This document shows, piece after piece, positions 26,801 to 39,969 of a stretch of DNA of 64,000 nucleotides. The stretch comes from Trichosphaerium sp. ATCC 40318 (lineage: Eukaryota > Protista > Tubulinea), in the NCBI GenBank assembly GCA_038496445.1, contig JALMLS010000466.1, forward strand, positions 434,001-498,000. The letters run 5' to 3'. A program made the position numbers and the translations under genes. The notes under the pieces are model-generated. The model was not told where the DNA came from and did no database searches. It worked only from the letters and a program-made list of their open reading frames with translations. Within the stretch, counting starts at the first letter, position 1; every line of letters begins with the position of its first letter.

Positions 26801-29044
26801 GTGACAATTTAAGTAAAAAAAAGGAATCTCGAGGTCACACCTTAGATTCCTCCGTTAGTATCACGGCAGTAGCACTTGTATCGAACTGAGGCCGGCCTGC
26901 TCTCCCGATCATTTGTTTCAGTTCTATTGAGTTGTACTCGACACATCCACCACTTCGCCATAGTGACGTTCCCTTTAAAACATTATGACAACTACTAGTA
27001 CTCAAGCGCACCAAAATAATAACTAGATGAGCCGGTAGATTTACGCCTTGTGCTCTAAGAAAAAAATACATGAGTAGTTTATAAAGAAAGAAACGTACAA
27101 AGCGCTAGTTGAAAAGACAACCTTTAAGATTCCCTTTGCAAATAAATCTTGAACCTTTCTTCTGTTTTGTGCGAGCATCCTGTAATCTATTAACATTTAA
27201 ACTTCTATTCTTTGTACCCAGCATTGTAGTATGCAATACCAACTTGTATTAACTCTGAGGAAAATTGTGTAAGTACGAAGTAATATAGGTTTGTTGATTG
27301 CCTTTTAGAGTTTTATCAGCCACTCTAGAAGCTGCTTCCATTAGCCTACCAAGCTATTAAAGTTCATATTCTTCAAGTTCCACTTACGACCGTCTTGTTG
27401 CTCCACTAACTAGCGGTGCTCGAATATCCTTCTTAAGTTGCAACGCTGCTTGAGTTGTCATCTTTCGTGAAGAACAAAACTAGCTTTTCGTTAGGATTCA
27501 AAACGCTATCCGCCTAGATTACCACAAGAGTCGGACGTCCACTGCTGTATCTTGTCAGAATCTCTTCTATCCTGTATTTCAAACGCATATTGAACAGAAA
27601 ATCGTTTGTATTTTGCTTCTGTCCGAGCACTTCAATGCGAAGCTAAAGTGGAGGTAAATAATAAGAATAGAAACCAAAGAATACAACGTACCTTTACAGG
27701 CCTGTGCTCTTCCGAAAACCTATCCCATGTCAACAAATAAGTAGTGTAGATGCTTACTGTTTTATATTTTTATTTGGCACGCTAAGCCACTCGGCAATAT
27801 CTCCTATATTATCAACTGACTTGCATTAGAAAAAGGTAAATGCAACAACTTACTAGTTGCTGATAAGGCTATGAACCTCATTGGAGCATTCTGTCTCGAA
27901 TACGAAGATGCCGCTTTCATTCTAACTATTTTAGATACTTCAATCGAGATCTTTTTAGTACCGACTAACTACAGCTTCTAGAGTGGCGCCTCGGCTGGGT
28001 TCATTTAGAAGATGTACTTCATCGATGAGGATTAATCGAACACGCTCCACAAGGCTTCTCATTTCCTTCCAGCGTCGCGTTGTACTATCCCACTTTTCTG
28101 GTGTTGCCAAGATGACATCAGCACGCGAAAGGCTTCCTCGAGAAAGAGTTGTGGAGTCGCTCGTAAGTTCAACACCTACAGTCTTTGTAAGCGAAAGTTA
28201 GCATTTAGCGTGATGTACATGTTAGCTTCAAGTGCTTGAATTTTCGCATCCAGTCTTGCTTCCGTTCTTGGCAGAGAGCCTTTATTGGCGCCATATATAA
28301 CGCAATAGGCTTATTCTAGTCTCTGTTTAGAAGAAAGAATAATTTGGATGTACTTGCCTTGTCCGTATTGTTGGAGTACTGTTGGAATAGACGAACCATT
28401 GCAAGCTCGAAGCATACTGTTTTACCTGCTCCAGTGGGCGCTTCAAATATTGTAAGAAACCTAAAGGGTTTTTGTAGATTTGCATACCGCTTATTACAAC
28501 GTTTTCATCGTTATTTGTGAGCGCGTCGAAGCATTGAGATTGTACTGGGTTAAAATGCGGATAAGGAAACAAAGACCTAAACCTTTGTGGAACTGCCGAG
28601 ATGCCTTTACTTTCATTAGGACAGGCGCGGATTAGAGCTTATGCGTACTTATGCATCCTGATGGTACAACCAAGTTTTCACTTTGTAGAGCATCTACCAC
28701 ACCAGTTATATGAAGTAAAGATTAGCGCAATGTGTACCAATGCGTGCTAAGTTTTGATTGTACGCAAAATCGTTGGTATGTTGAGATGAAGCCTGGTGCA
28801 AACCAGCTTGAGAGTTTGGTACATCCTATTACTGTTAGAGCCGCAGTAGTGATTGGCTACCCATGATTGAGACGGCATTAGCAACTCATGATCTGGGACA
28901 GGTCCAGGATTAAAGAAGTCTTTAAAATCGAACTCTTCTATAGGATCGCTGGCTGAGAGTAAGCAAACAATAACAACCAAGTAAACACCTTTGTTGCGAT
29001 GCGAAGTCCCAATTCACTTCTTGGACGTCGTCCGAGATGTTCAT
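23821..29044 (-). CDS. MER3: Meiotic crossover DExH helicase MER3/HFM1
   Basis: FPYPHFNPVQSQCF, SAPTGAGKT, ATPEKWDSTTRRW, IDEVHLLNE, AQGVNLPAHLVI, QMIGRAGRPQFDT, EHLNAEI, RNPPFG (Sec63 region). Confidence 0.92.
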
Positions 29045-29254
29045 CAATGTTGTGTAGTTTGTTATTACAAAGTTAGACGTGAGTAAAGCTGAATGGTGCC
29101 TTAACTAAAACGTCAAACTATAGAAACGCTGCCAGTTTAATTTTTGATTGCTCGTTTATGTAGTTGCGAGTATTGAGTTGTTTCTTTTTGACATCGTTTA
29201 TGTTAAGTTCAGTTGTATTGTGCAGATAATCATTTGCATACTGTACATAGCACT

Positions 29255-29867
29255 ATGGTGAAGATTACACGCAAATTTGGGCGCTCGCCTAAAGCTAGAG
29301 AGAAAATGATTCGGTACGCGTTTATTTCTCTTTTAAACTCACCCAATCCAGTACTATGGTCACCCAAGTGCTAAAACATCAAAAAATTCGCACTACCAAC
29401 CCAAAAGCCAAGGAAGTGCGAAGGCATGTAGAGCGCATGATTACGCTCGCAAAGGAAGGTACAGTGTTTGGTAGAAACAAAGCGCTAGGCTTCCTCACAG
29501 AACCGTGGGTGGTAAATAAGCTATTTTCTGAATACAGCCAACGCTACTGGGACAGAAATGGTGGTTATACGCGAATACATCTTTGTGGCTACAGAAAAGG
29601 CGATAACTCCCAAATGGTACGTTGAGACACCTTTAAATCGTGTGGGCAGCCATTACGCGAGTGTTAGAAACGATTACTCACTATTGCAAAATCGTTTTTG
29701 ACCTAAAACACTAGGCCATTTTGGAGCTCGTTGGAAGACCAGGTGATCCTTGGGAGGCCGCCAAGGAAGCCAAGAAACTCCAAGAATCTCAACAGCCTGC
29801 TGTAGTTGAAGACCCAGTACAACAGTCACTCAACGAAGGCGCAGCTGCTGCGCAACAATACTCTTAA
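29255..29867 (+). CDS. MRPL17: Mitochondrial ribosomal protein L17 (bL17m)
   Basis: RKFGRSPKAREKMIR, IRTTNPKAKEVR, RNGGYTRI, RKGDNSQMAILEL; 3 exons. Confidence 0.92.
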
Positions 29868-30027
29868 AGAGACAGGAGCACCAAAGCTGTTTCATTCTCT
29901 GTTCAACTGTTTTAATCGCTAAAAGCCATGTATTCTATAAAGAAATCTTACATTTCATGACACGTGTTAGCTACCATGGTAGCTTAAAAAGGCCTGTGTA
30001 GGTGACCACGGTATTGTCTATTATCAT

Positions 30028-31947
30028 TTAATGTCCCCACGTTAATTGCACATCTGTATCAGTATTTTCAAGCATCCTATTTTCGCGTGGCTCCCAAATT
30101 ACCTGACGCTGAATGAGACAATTTTGAAGTGATAAAGAAAAGGGTTTCCGTACCTCATCGGTATTGGTATTACGTATGAATAGTTTGAAAGGAGCATCTT
30201 TGCGTTGAACTACAGCAACAGTACATTTCCACAGGTTTCCTGAAGTTACTATTAGCAAAGCTTCAGGTGCAAGCTAAAAGCTTGCCTTCGTTCCATGTTA
30301 ACGGCTCATTATGCCAAATACCATCACCGTTAAAAGCACACGCCATCCACACTTCTTCACCCCACTTGGTTTCGTAGTGTACTGACATATTCACCCGTTT
30401 GGCACCTACATTAAATTTTTGATGAGTTCACTTGCACAACTTTCTTCAAACAAAACTTACTCCTTAGCTGCTTGTCAACCACAATTTCATCCAAGAATGT
30501 AAACACGCTTGTAATAGCTGATGCACTGGTCCATTCATGCTTTTGGTGACCAGCTGACCTACAAGGGCATCCAGCAATAGCGTTCTTCACAGGAGTGTCC
30601 AATGGTGCTATATAAACAATTACAAAGAACAATAATATGTCAACAACAGTACCAGAACTTGTCACCCAATCTATACACTTTTCTGTAAGAAAATCCTTAA
30701 CATAGGCCTTATCACCTCTTTCAACAGAGTGAACAGAATCAGTAAACGCAATACAATCAAGACGAGCTGCAGCAGCTCTATTGCGTCTTATCAACTCTAC
30801 AGATCCGTCTCCACCTCTAGAATGTGCAACACAAACAACTTGCAAAGCACTCGCCCTACCGACGAATTGTTCCCATACATACATTATGTGGTTTATGTAG
30901 TTCTCGTTTAGCTTTAAGAGAATCAGATTTAATCACTTCAAATTTGTTATGCTTACCCGTATTTTGACATGTTCTCCTGCTGGTTTTGGTACTGGTAAGT
31001 ACTCTGGAAGCTCCATGATATCTCCATCACGGCTTGGGTTTTCATCTTGTTCTTCACCATCCTTTTCCTTTGTGATAGTATACCCTCTGTTTGCGTTTGG
31101 GTTAAACACAACTACGCCCCAGCCTCGCTCTTTTGCTTGTTGCAGATATGGTAATATTGTTCCGTCATCAAGTGTATTATTAATACATAACGCACGAGCC
31201 CATTGACCAGCTCTATAATCTCATCATTAGTACGAAATCCTTCTAAGTTTTACTATTACCTAACAGCTCCAGATCCTTGAATGATTAACAGTAATGTGTC
31301 ACATGTCTGCCAATTATCGGAGGTAAAAATATTGACTGTTGGCTCTTGTGGTTGTGCATCGAGTGGAAGAAATACCTATGATTGAATGAGTATCTTCTGA
31401 GCTAAAGATGTCTGCCTCTTGTAGACCGTAATCATCTGTCATTAGATTTTGAATATCGTTGATGAGGCAATCACCTTTTATTACTTGTCAATGTTCATGT
31501 AAAGTAAAAGCAACGTACCAAGCGAATCGTAGTGTTTTTGACCGCACCAATGAAAAGGACGCCCTGAAAACGTTTAAGATTGATGGTTTTTTCTCGCTTT
31601 GTGTTTGTGTACCAGTGTCTTTGTTGACTAATTTACCGTTTCTGTACTCATAGTTGAAGTCTCCAATAGATTTTGGGGCGTTTGTGGTTGGTACAGTTTT
31701 TAATAACGCCTTATTTTATTAGGAGGTAGTACGCGCGTCGACATTACCTGGTAGAGCTTCCAGTTCTCTTCAGATGCATTTGCTTTAACGTCTGCAGGCG
31801 TTAACCTAACAAAGTCATTACACGTATTTGCCATAACACTAGAAACCAGTACTTTTCGTCAGAGCCTGGTTTGGTAAACTCCAACAAATGTTTGCGTGTA
31901 TTTCCAAAAAGCTCTGATAAATACGTGTCCCAGTTTGTAGTTGCCAT
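30028..31947 (-). CDS. FAM172A/Arb2-like alpha/beta-hydrolase-fold protein with a C-terminal CBM20-like domain
   Basis: LIIQGSGAVRAGQWARALCIN, VAHSRGG, IAFTDSVH, SAGHQKHEWTS. Intron 30406-30460 joins in frame to VHYETKWGEEV...PLTWNEGNLWKC...VIWEPRENR. Confidence 0.8.
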
Positions 31948-32065
31948 TTTGATAAAAGAACGCTGGAAAGACAAGACCTTAAGTCGATCACACTTAATTT
32001 TTTATTTTTAACACTTGCAAGAATCACGTTTTCTCATGTTGTTCTTTGCATTATAATAATTTCCT

Positions 32066-33455
32066 TCACTTGTTTTCACTCTTAGGTGCATCAGTAACAA
32101 CGGACCTACAATTAGAATAAGTCGACAAATCGATGATTTTAAAACCATTTAATAACTTACGTGAGAGTAGGCGTCTTGCTTGAATCACAAGAATTACATC
32201 CCTTGCTGCTACACTTCCCATCTCCAAGCTTTTGTCCTGTACCAGAAAATGGTAAATAAGAACTAGAGTCTTGAGCTGGCTGCATTTGTTTTATCATTTC
32301 CAAAGCAAGATTTGTCTCAGCATTTACTCTTTCGATACAACATTAGTACACATTCAAATCATTGGCAGAATGACTTACGCATTAACCGAATGCTTGGGTG
32401 GTCTACTTCTACCATTATTTGTATTCTTTATGTATCCCATACTACCCAATCCACTTAATGTGCCATCAAGATAAGTAACCTAAAATCCATTGAACAACAG
32501 TTTTTTTTTCATAAATCAAATGAGAAATGTCAAATAAATAAAAATCGTACCAAAGAGGAAGGTAAATTCACACAAGAAAAGTAACCAGAGCAATCTACAA
32601 TCTCAGAAATTACCAAACAAATTGGAAATAATACTACTCAAAAAGGGACATACATAAGCCTCCAACACATATACCACTGAAGTGACCTTTTGTATCGTTA
32701 GTCGTACAATTTATAAAGTAGATATCATACCAAGTAGAGAAACATTAGCACCTAATAGCCATCCAGCAAGTTGCATTCCTCCAAGCATTGCCCATAGAAA
32801 AAACTGAGGGCTTACAGGGTAGAAGAGCAAAGGTATTGCTGTATTTTTTGGCGCGAATAAGCACCTGACAGTGAGGTATGCAAATAAAATGCCTAGAGGA
32901 ATTATTGTCAGAAAAAAAGCCATTTGCAACGTTGACGTTGACATCTAATACATACCTGAAAAACCAACAGAGCTAGCGCCCAGAAACTCGCTTGTTTGGT
33001 AAATAGGGTTTGTATCAAATCCTAGGGCGACAAGCACGTGAACTGTACCAGAGAGTAATGCAAACAGTAACGTTTGCCATAGAAACGTCCATGAGCCAAT
33101 TGTCGCTTCGAAATACATTCCTAAACCCTCAAATATTTTTAATTTTACTTTTAACCGTCTTTCAAGCGTACTTGTAGCGCAAATAGGTTGACAACCAGGT
33201 GTACCAAGCTTACGTGAAAAAAATTGCTTGTTATTACTCTGTACCCTTTGTTACCGTTACGCGAGTGTTTTAAAGAGCGTTGTTACCTTCATTCCATGGT
33301 TTTGCGATTATAACTTTTGGTTGAAGTGAGTAGTCGGACAGTTTCCATTCTAGGCTGTATTGTAGTGCGTATACGATGCATAAAGTGACCATGAGAATTT
33401 TAGTTATCAGTGGCACTCCAAGAATTGCTCTCAAGCTGAAGCCTTGAGCTGACAT
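32066..33455 (-). CDS. Rhomboid intramembrane protease (RHBDL4/Rbd2-like) with SHP box
   Basis: FFHVSLVHLVVN, catalytic GFSG, LLGHFSG and C-terminal FSGTGQKLG. Confidence 0.85.
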
Positions 33456-33609
33456 GCCTAATATACAATTTGTCCCGAACGTCAAGAAATCCAGAATATA
33501 AAAAAGGTCAAATGAAATTCTTGAGTCTGCTTTACAATTAGAATTTGATAATTAACGGCAAGGCATACGCCAATATTCTGGCTCGTCAGTAAGTAATACG
33601 GCGAACTGA

Positions 33610-36600
33610 ATGGAAACTGGCGTTGTCAACCTTGTCTTGGATTTCCTTAAGGCCCACAACCTTCAGAATGCTCACAAAGCACTAACAGAAGAGATTGGTA
33701 TCCACAATAATCAAATTGCTGTTTTTTTAGCTGATTTTCTTTAACATCAACAGAAGTGTGCCCAATTCCCTCAAACACTCGTAAAACATCGAAATTAGAA
33801 CGTACGCCATGCTTACTGTTTATAACCAACCTATTGTGGAGAGCGCAATTTTCCCTTTCTAAAAACTAGCAATTTGCCCTATGGCCATCTGACTATCGCT
33901 GTAGGCTTACTCAATGGAGCACAGAATGCATCTGCTGAAAAGGATAATTCTATCCCTCACCCTTTACCAAGGCCATTGGCCGCAGCGAAAAACGGTACTT
34001 TGGGTGGAGGAGGTCAACCTTCAAGCCTACCACCAATCACAGAAGGCCCTTTAGCAAATGCAATTAATCGCACTAAAGGTTATTGTCGTAGTTGACACCA
34101 AATTTCCAATCTCCCTCTTTTTTTTTTTTGGTTTTGTATTGTGTTGAGGAAAAGTAGCATGTATTAATTTCCTTAGATATCGACAAGAATCTAAGCAAGA
34201 GTTACGATGCCCCTGCCTCATATCTAACCAAACTTGCCCAAAGAAGAAGCAGAGTTTCATCACGTATGCCTTATGAATTCTTTTTCTAACAAAACCCAAC
34301 AAAATCTAATACTACACACGCAGAGCGTAATCGTAACACTGATGCCACAGCAACACAACCAATTTTTGGGTCACAACCAAACCGCCCTCGTTCTAGAACA
34401 AGTTCTATTGGTGAACACGCGAGACGCCCATTATTTAAAAAGTAAACGCAAATTTCGGTCTTTTACCTCAAAAAGGGCATAGTTTCTAGCGATCTTTTAG
34501 TTTGTTTACTTATTGATTTAGGCGTGGCAGCGTTGAGATAACGTCAGTTAACACCATCGTTACTGACGGTACTGCAAAAAAAATAGTTTGTTGGTTTATT
34601 TTTACTGAATTGTTTGTTAATAGGCAGATCGGAAGCGTCAGTAACCTCAGCGTCAGATATTTCCGAAGAAGAAACAGATGGTTACTCTCGCGCAGAAGGT
34701 AAGCCAATAATACTGTTTCTGGACGTCAACCGAAGTGACATCTCGTTTTAGCTCCTGATCATGTAAAGTTAATTTCAGCTGGCGCTGATGACGCCTCAGA
34801 CACTAGTAGAACGAGTGACGATGACTCTGAATATTCAGGACGAGCAAGCGCATCTTCAACTAGGGTTTGTTGATTGTTTAGCTTATTAGGATCTAAAATA
34901 AATCATAGACTCCGGGAAGCAGAACGCCTGGCATGTTTACACTAGAATTGGATAGTATTGATATAGATAATAAGCCGTTAAATGGAAATGTAGACGATCC
35001 TTACGCAGATTTTAATTTAGTTCACCCACCAGGTATCGCGTCATTTTACAAATTGTGCGTGCACAATTTAACTCTCTTTGTAGACGCAGGGCCATTTAAG
35101 TTTTTTGATCTTAAGGTACACCTCTACGCGTTACATTTCTGAAGACATTTTCATTTGGGTTTTTTTTTTGAAACGCGGTTTTTTTGCTAACTTGAAACAA
35201 TAAGGTTGTTTATCAAAAGAAGAAAACAGGCTTTGAAGAAACACGAGACTTTCCTATTCGTACGCACGATTACATTGGCGGTCGCTACGAAATTATTTCA
35301 TTCTTGGGTGCTGCAGCATTCTCTAGAGCTGTTAAGTGTTTAGATCATAAAACAGGCAAAGACGTACGTGGTTTTTTACTTCAAAGCGAAAATCATAAAG
35401 CTACAACCCCTAACCCTGCTGCTTTCAGGTCTGTATCAAAATTATTACAAACAATAAGGACTTTTTTGATCAGTCCTTGGATGAGATTAAACTGTTGTCA
35501 TATGTTAATGCAAGCGGCGACCCTGACGAATATAATGTACTAAACATGTTCGGTACGAAACAATTTGTTTTGTCGTTTTTGCTGTTTTTCTGAAACTGAC
35601 TTCTAATTGAAGATTATTTCTACTTTAAAGAACATCTCTTTATTGTATGTGAGTTACTTGGAAAGAACCTCTACGATTTTTATTCTCAAAATAGAGAAGC
35701 AGGTATGTCTCACTCGTAAAAGAGTTGAAACCATGTCCATTCTTTATGCTGATTTTTTTACTTTAGGAGGAGATCTTTACTTCACAATTCCTCGCCTTCA
35801 AAGGGTTGCAAAACAAATTATTAAGGCTCTCACGTTTGTGCATAGCCTCGGTTTGATCCATTGCGATCTAAAACCCGAAAATATCTTGATAAAGAATGCC
35901 GCACAGTACGTCTAATTAAAAAACATACACAACTCATTTTTTTTTGTAGATGTGAGGTGAAAGTCATCGATTTTGGCTCAAGTTGCTTTACAACAGACCA
36001 CTTGAGTTCGTATGTACAATCACGATCATACAGGGCACCAGAAGTTATTTTAGGTACTGAATTTTTTTTAGTTATCACGTGCCTTTCACGTGACATTTTG
36101 CTTTTTCTTTAGGTTGTTCGTACGATGCTCGCATTGATATATGGTCTCTTGGTTGTATTCTTGCTGAGCTCTTCACTGGACAAGTACTGTTCCAGAACAC
36201 TTCTGTACCAACGCTATTAGCTCGCTTGATTGGTATTTTGGGTACGCCAATTTGTATCAAAGAACGGTGTGACTCAAAAACTTGTAGGCCCAATTGGTCC
36301 TGAAATGATGAGTAAAGGAAAATTGGTCCATAAATTCTTTACTGCGAATAATCGCGTGTATGAATTTGTTGAAGGATCAAATACCATACAAATTTTAAAA
36401 CCAAAACAAACTTCACTAGCAAGACGTTTGGGTAACCCAGATGATGAGGTGCGACCCTGTTATATTACGACTTATTTGTGCTAATAATCTAAAAGGAGTT
36501 TTTGGATTTTATGAGCAAACTTCTTCGCATTGATGCACGCGAACGGTACAATTCTTTGTTTCTTTTACTTGTTGGCTAATAGTGATGTTTTGTAGACCTT

Positions 36601-36680
36601 CTTCTAGTGATGCCTTAAAACATAGTTGGTTTGAAAAGAAGTACCCATTCGAGTTGTACATACCAGATAGTAGTAGTTAG
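33610..36680 (+). CDS. DYRK-family kinase, DYRKP (plant-type) subgroup, with N-terminal LisH-like motif
   Basis: KTGFEETRDFPI, LGAAAFSRA, FFDQSLDEIKLL, IHCDLKPENIL, IDFGSSCFTTDHLSSYVQSRSYRAPE. Confidence 0.9.
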
Positions 36681-36847
36681 ATAAGAAGGAAAAAAAAACA
36701 CTAGGCTAACGCAATTTTTTTTGTAAATATTTAAGTGAGTAATGGAGTTCAGAAACGGAATAAAAACGTAAAGATATCGTTATTGTCCCAAACCCCGATA
36801 TTAGTGTATACCTTAGAATGGTACTAGTGTATAGTAGCGTTTAAACC

Positions 36848-37082
36848 ATGAATACTTTCTCGTCAAGTGCTCATACCATCACGCTTTCACATTGGCAGAA
36901 TATTACAGATGAAGGTGACTCAAAGGTGCTCATACTCTAGATCTTAGTAGTACAGCACTTACAGATGAAGCAATTAAAGCACTATCTGGTGTTCATAGCA
37001 TTGATATCACTTTTTGCAACAACTTTACGGGTGAAGGTATTGATCTGAGTGGGTTCATACAGTAAGGAACAACTTGCTGTAA
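36848..37082 (+). pseudogene. Frameshifted, intronless leucine-rich-repeat fragment
   Basis: AHTITLSHWQNITDEG / LKGAHTLDLSSTALTDEAIKALSGVHSIDITFCNNFTGEGIDLS / VHTV across two frameshifts, then a stop. Confidence 0.65.
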
Positions 37083-37267
37083 CCAAAGTGAATCTATAAT
37101 TGTTCTGACAGCTAAAATAACAATTGTTTTGGCAAGTAGGCAGACTTCCAACAGTATTTAGTGTACAGACCAAGTTCGAAAGTGCCAGGAAACTACTACA
37201 TGATGTACTACATCTTGCTTGAAATTTTTATTATTTACAACTAGTTTTTTTTTTTTCCTACTTTCTT

Positions 37268-39794
37268 CTAAACACGTTTTCGCTTTAAGTCAATAGTACT
37301 AGATTGTTCACCTTCAACCGGACTATGCTGTGGTTGTAACCGGAATACTCTTTGATCATAAGGATTAGTGCTCTTGGCGCCTTGTTGAGCGCGTTTGGTT
37401 GCTTTACGATAATATCGTCCGAGTACTTGGTCTTTGTCGTGTTTAACGTACATCTTCTTACCATCTGGTGTAGTACGAAGTTGTAGAATGTAAACGAATG
37501 ATTTGTTTTCACCCAAAAAGTCAATGAGTGTTTTTTTCTTATCTGCTGTATCATCAGGTTGTATAAGGTAGTGTCTTGTCTCCTCTGGTTTGATTTTATA
37601 CGATATGACAAATTCCCCTTCCATACGCTTTGATAGACGTATAAGGAAGGTACCAACTTGCTCATCCTTCAAAGCGCGCTCTGCTTCTCTTCCAGTGACA
37701 AATGTGCATAAGTAGCTGAACAAACGTAAGCTTCTACGCGCCACTTCAAAACTGAACAAAATCAACGCACCCGTTATTAAACAACCACAGAAGGTGCTGT
37801 TGGTATCTTATCTTCTTCAAACCAGGACCTAACCAATTCCAAAACTGATCAAACTCTTTCTGGGTTATAACAGTTTTTTCCTCTACAATATTAACATCAG
37901 CAATGGTTTACACAATATACCTAAAGAAAAATCGCATACCTATGCCTTGATTGAACTTTGCTTTTAATAAGTAATCAAAGTCCGTTAAAAACAACGGACG
38001 TTGTATATCATTTATGTCTTGTTTTGTTGCTACCAAATAATGTTTTTGAAAATGATTCCAGAAGTACGGAATTGTGATTTCGAATTGATCTACAAAAGTA
38101 GGTATTGTGAATACAACGTGGTGAGAGTTTAATTAATAAGGTGTACCACCAAATGCATCTTGTTTTAACCAATAACCAGCAGCTTTCTTCCATTGGGAGT
38201 TTGTATTCGTCATTGAGATGAACGGTTTTGATGGAGCACTCTCCAGCAATTTTGTGAGCGTTGTACCATCAACTACAACCTACAAAGAACGAGTTAAAAC
38301 TAAAAACCACTTTCCAGATTGCTCAAAATCATCAAAAAAAAAGCTTCAAGTCAAACTTTACCTGTATCTGAACAGTAAATGCGATTGACACTAAGCTTGG
38401 GAATGTTCCAGAAGGGAATTTAAGATCATTGAATACAGCAACACCATTTTGATCAAAAACCTTTTTATAAGTCTCGAGCTCTTGATTTTTTTGTTTGTTT
38501 CTTTGTGCAATATTTAATAGAGTAGGTTGTACGTGTCCAGTGCTAACATGAGAAGCACGAGACGATGTGAGTAGTCGTAAAGAGAAAGTGCCAATAAATT
38601 TTTTATGCAATACAACACCTGCCTTCTCTTGAAATAAACCAAGATAAACAGGATCTCCTCTAAAGAAGAAGAAAATAAGCAAAAAAAAAAAAAAACTGCC
38701 GAAATTTATAACCTCTTTTTTCGGTTACTCACCTCTGACCGGCAACGCCTTGTTGTAAATACTCAACGTCTCCCTCGTATATTTGTATTTGTGGTAATAG
38801 ATGTGCTTTAATATATTCTGTAAGTTGCTCAGACGCCTTGAATTCTTTAGGTTCCAAAAACTGTTTTGTTTCAAGAGTCTAAATCCATAATTTAGTACTA
38901 CAACATGGACCTTAACAAAACTTTTCTCGTTGTGGACAACAAAAGGGTAGCTTCAACGAAATAAAAACCAACAACGTCACGATAAAACACGTAATCCATG
39001 GTGTCTCGGGTAGACAGAGACAAAAAAAATAGTGTACACAATAGTATACTTTGTAAAGAACGGACGATCAAAGTTCTAGCGTTGCGCACCTCAACTGATT
39101 GTAATATTTGCATAAGTTGTTGTTTACAAGCCTGTAATTCACCAACTACTGAAGCAAAATCGCTTTGAACTAAAGAAGCTCTAACATGTTGTAGTCTGAC
39201 TTCAATTTGTTTAACTTCTGAAATGAACCTTTTAAGAACGTGACGTAAGATTTTATGAACAAACTAAATTAAATACGCGTACAGGCCCTGAGAGAGTTTT
39301 TCCTTCTCTTGGAACCCGTCTCTGTGTAATTGATCCCCAGGCGGCATACCCTATGTATTTTTACATCTCAATATTACCAACTAAACACTCTACGTACGGG
39401 TTGCTTTTCTGAAATATTAAAATCAGTGGTAGGATCTAACTTCCGCATTCTTTTTTGTGGTGGTTGAAGCATCAAATCGTCCGTGGCCTCAACGTTCGTA
39501 TATAATTGTTCTACGCCTTGTAGTTGTTGTGTTATAGCTTCGTGCTGATCTGCTCGATTTTGCATGTGGCCATTTTCTACGTGCTGTGCGACACCAGGGG
39601 CATCGTAGGGGTCGTTTGGCGCGTCGCTTGGGCCCCAATTAAAATATCCTGTTGTAGCGCTGGCCTCCTGCGTGTAACTACCATAAACTTGCATATTGCC
39701 ACTGTATTCATTATAAATAAACGAATAACGTGCACTTTTATAAAAAAACGTACAGCATCAAGTCCTCATCGTCAAGGTGATTATTGTGGGTCAT
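37268..39794 (-). CDS. STAT transcription factor (Dictyostelium-type)
   Basis: Coiled-coil region, FNDLKFPSGT, SMTNTNSQWKKAAG, FWNWLGPGLKKIRYQ, SH2 domain GTFLIRLSKR...RHYLIQPDDTADKKKTLIDFL, tail NPYD. Confidence 0.9.
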
Positions 39795-39969
39795 GTTGCG
39801 TGACAAAAGCCAAAAGAGTTGTTTTACTTTGAGTTTTCTACACCAAAAAAGTACATGTTCACTAAACGAATGCATAATACCCGGATAAGTTCCGTAAACT
39901 GTTACCTTTTTTCCACAATAAAGGAAAACACTAATTGCAGATCGCGAACTGCGCTTGTATTTATTATGC

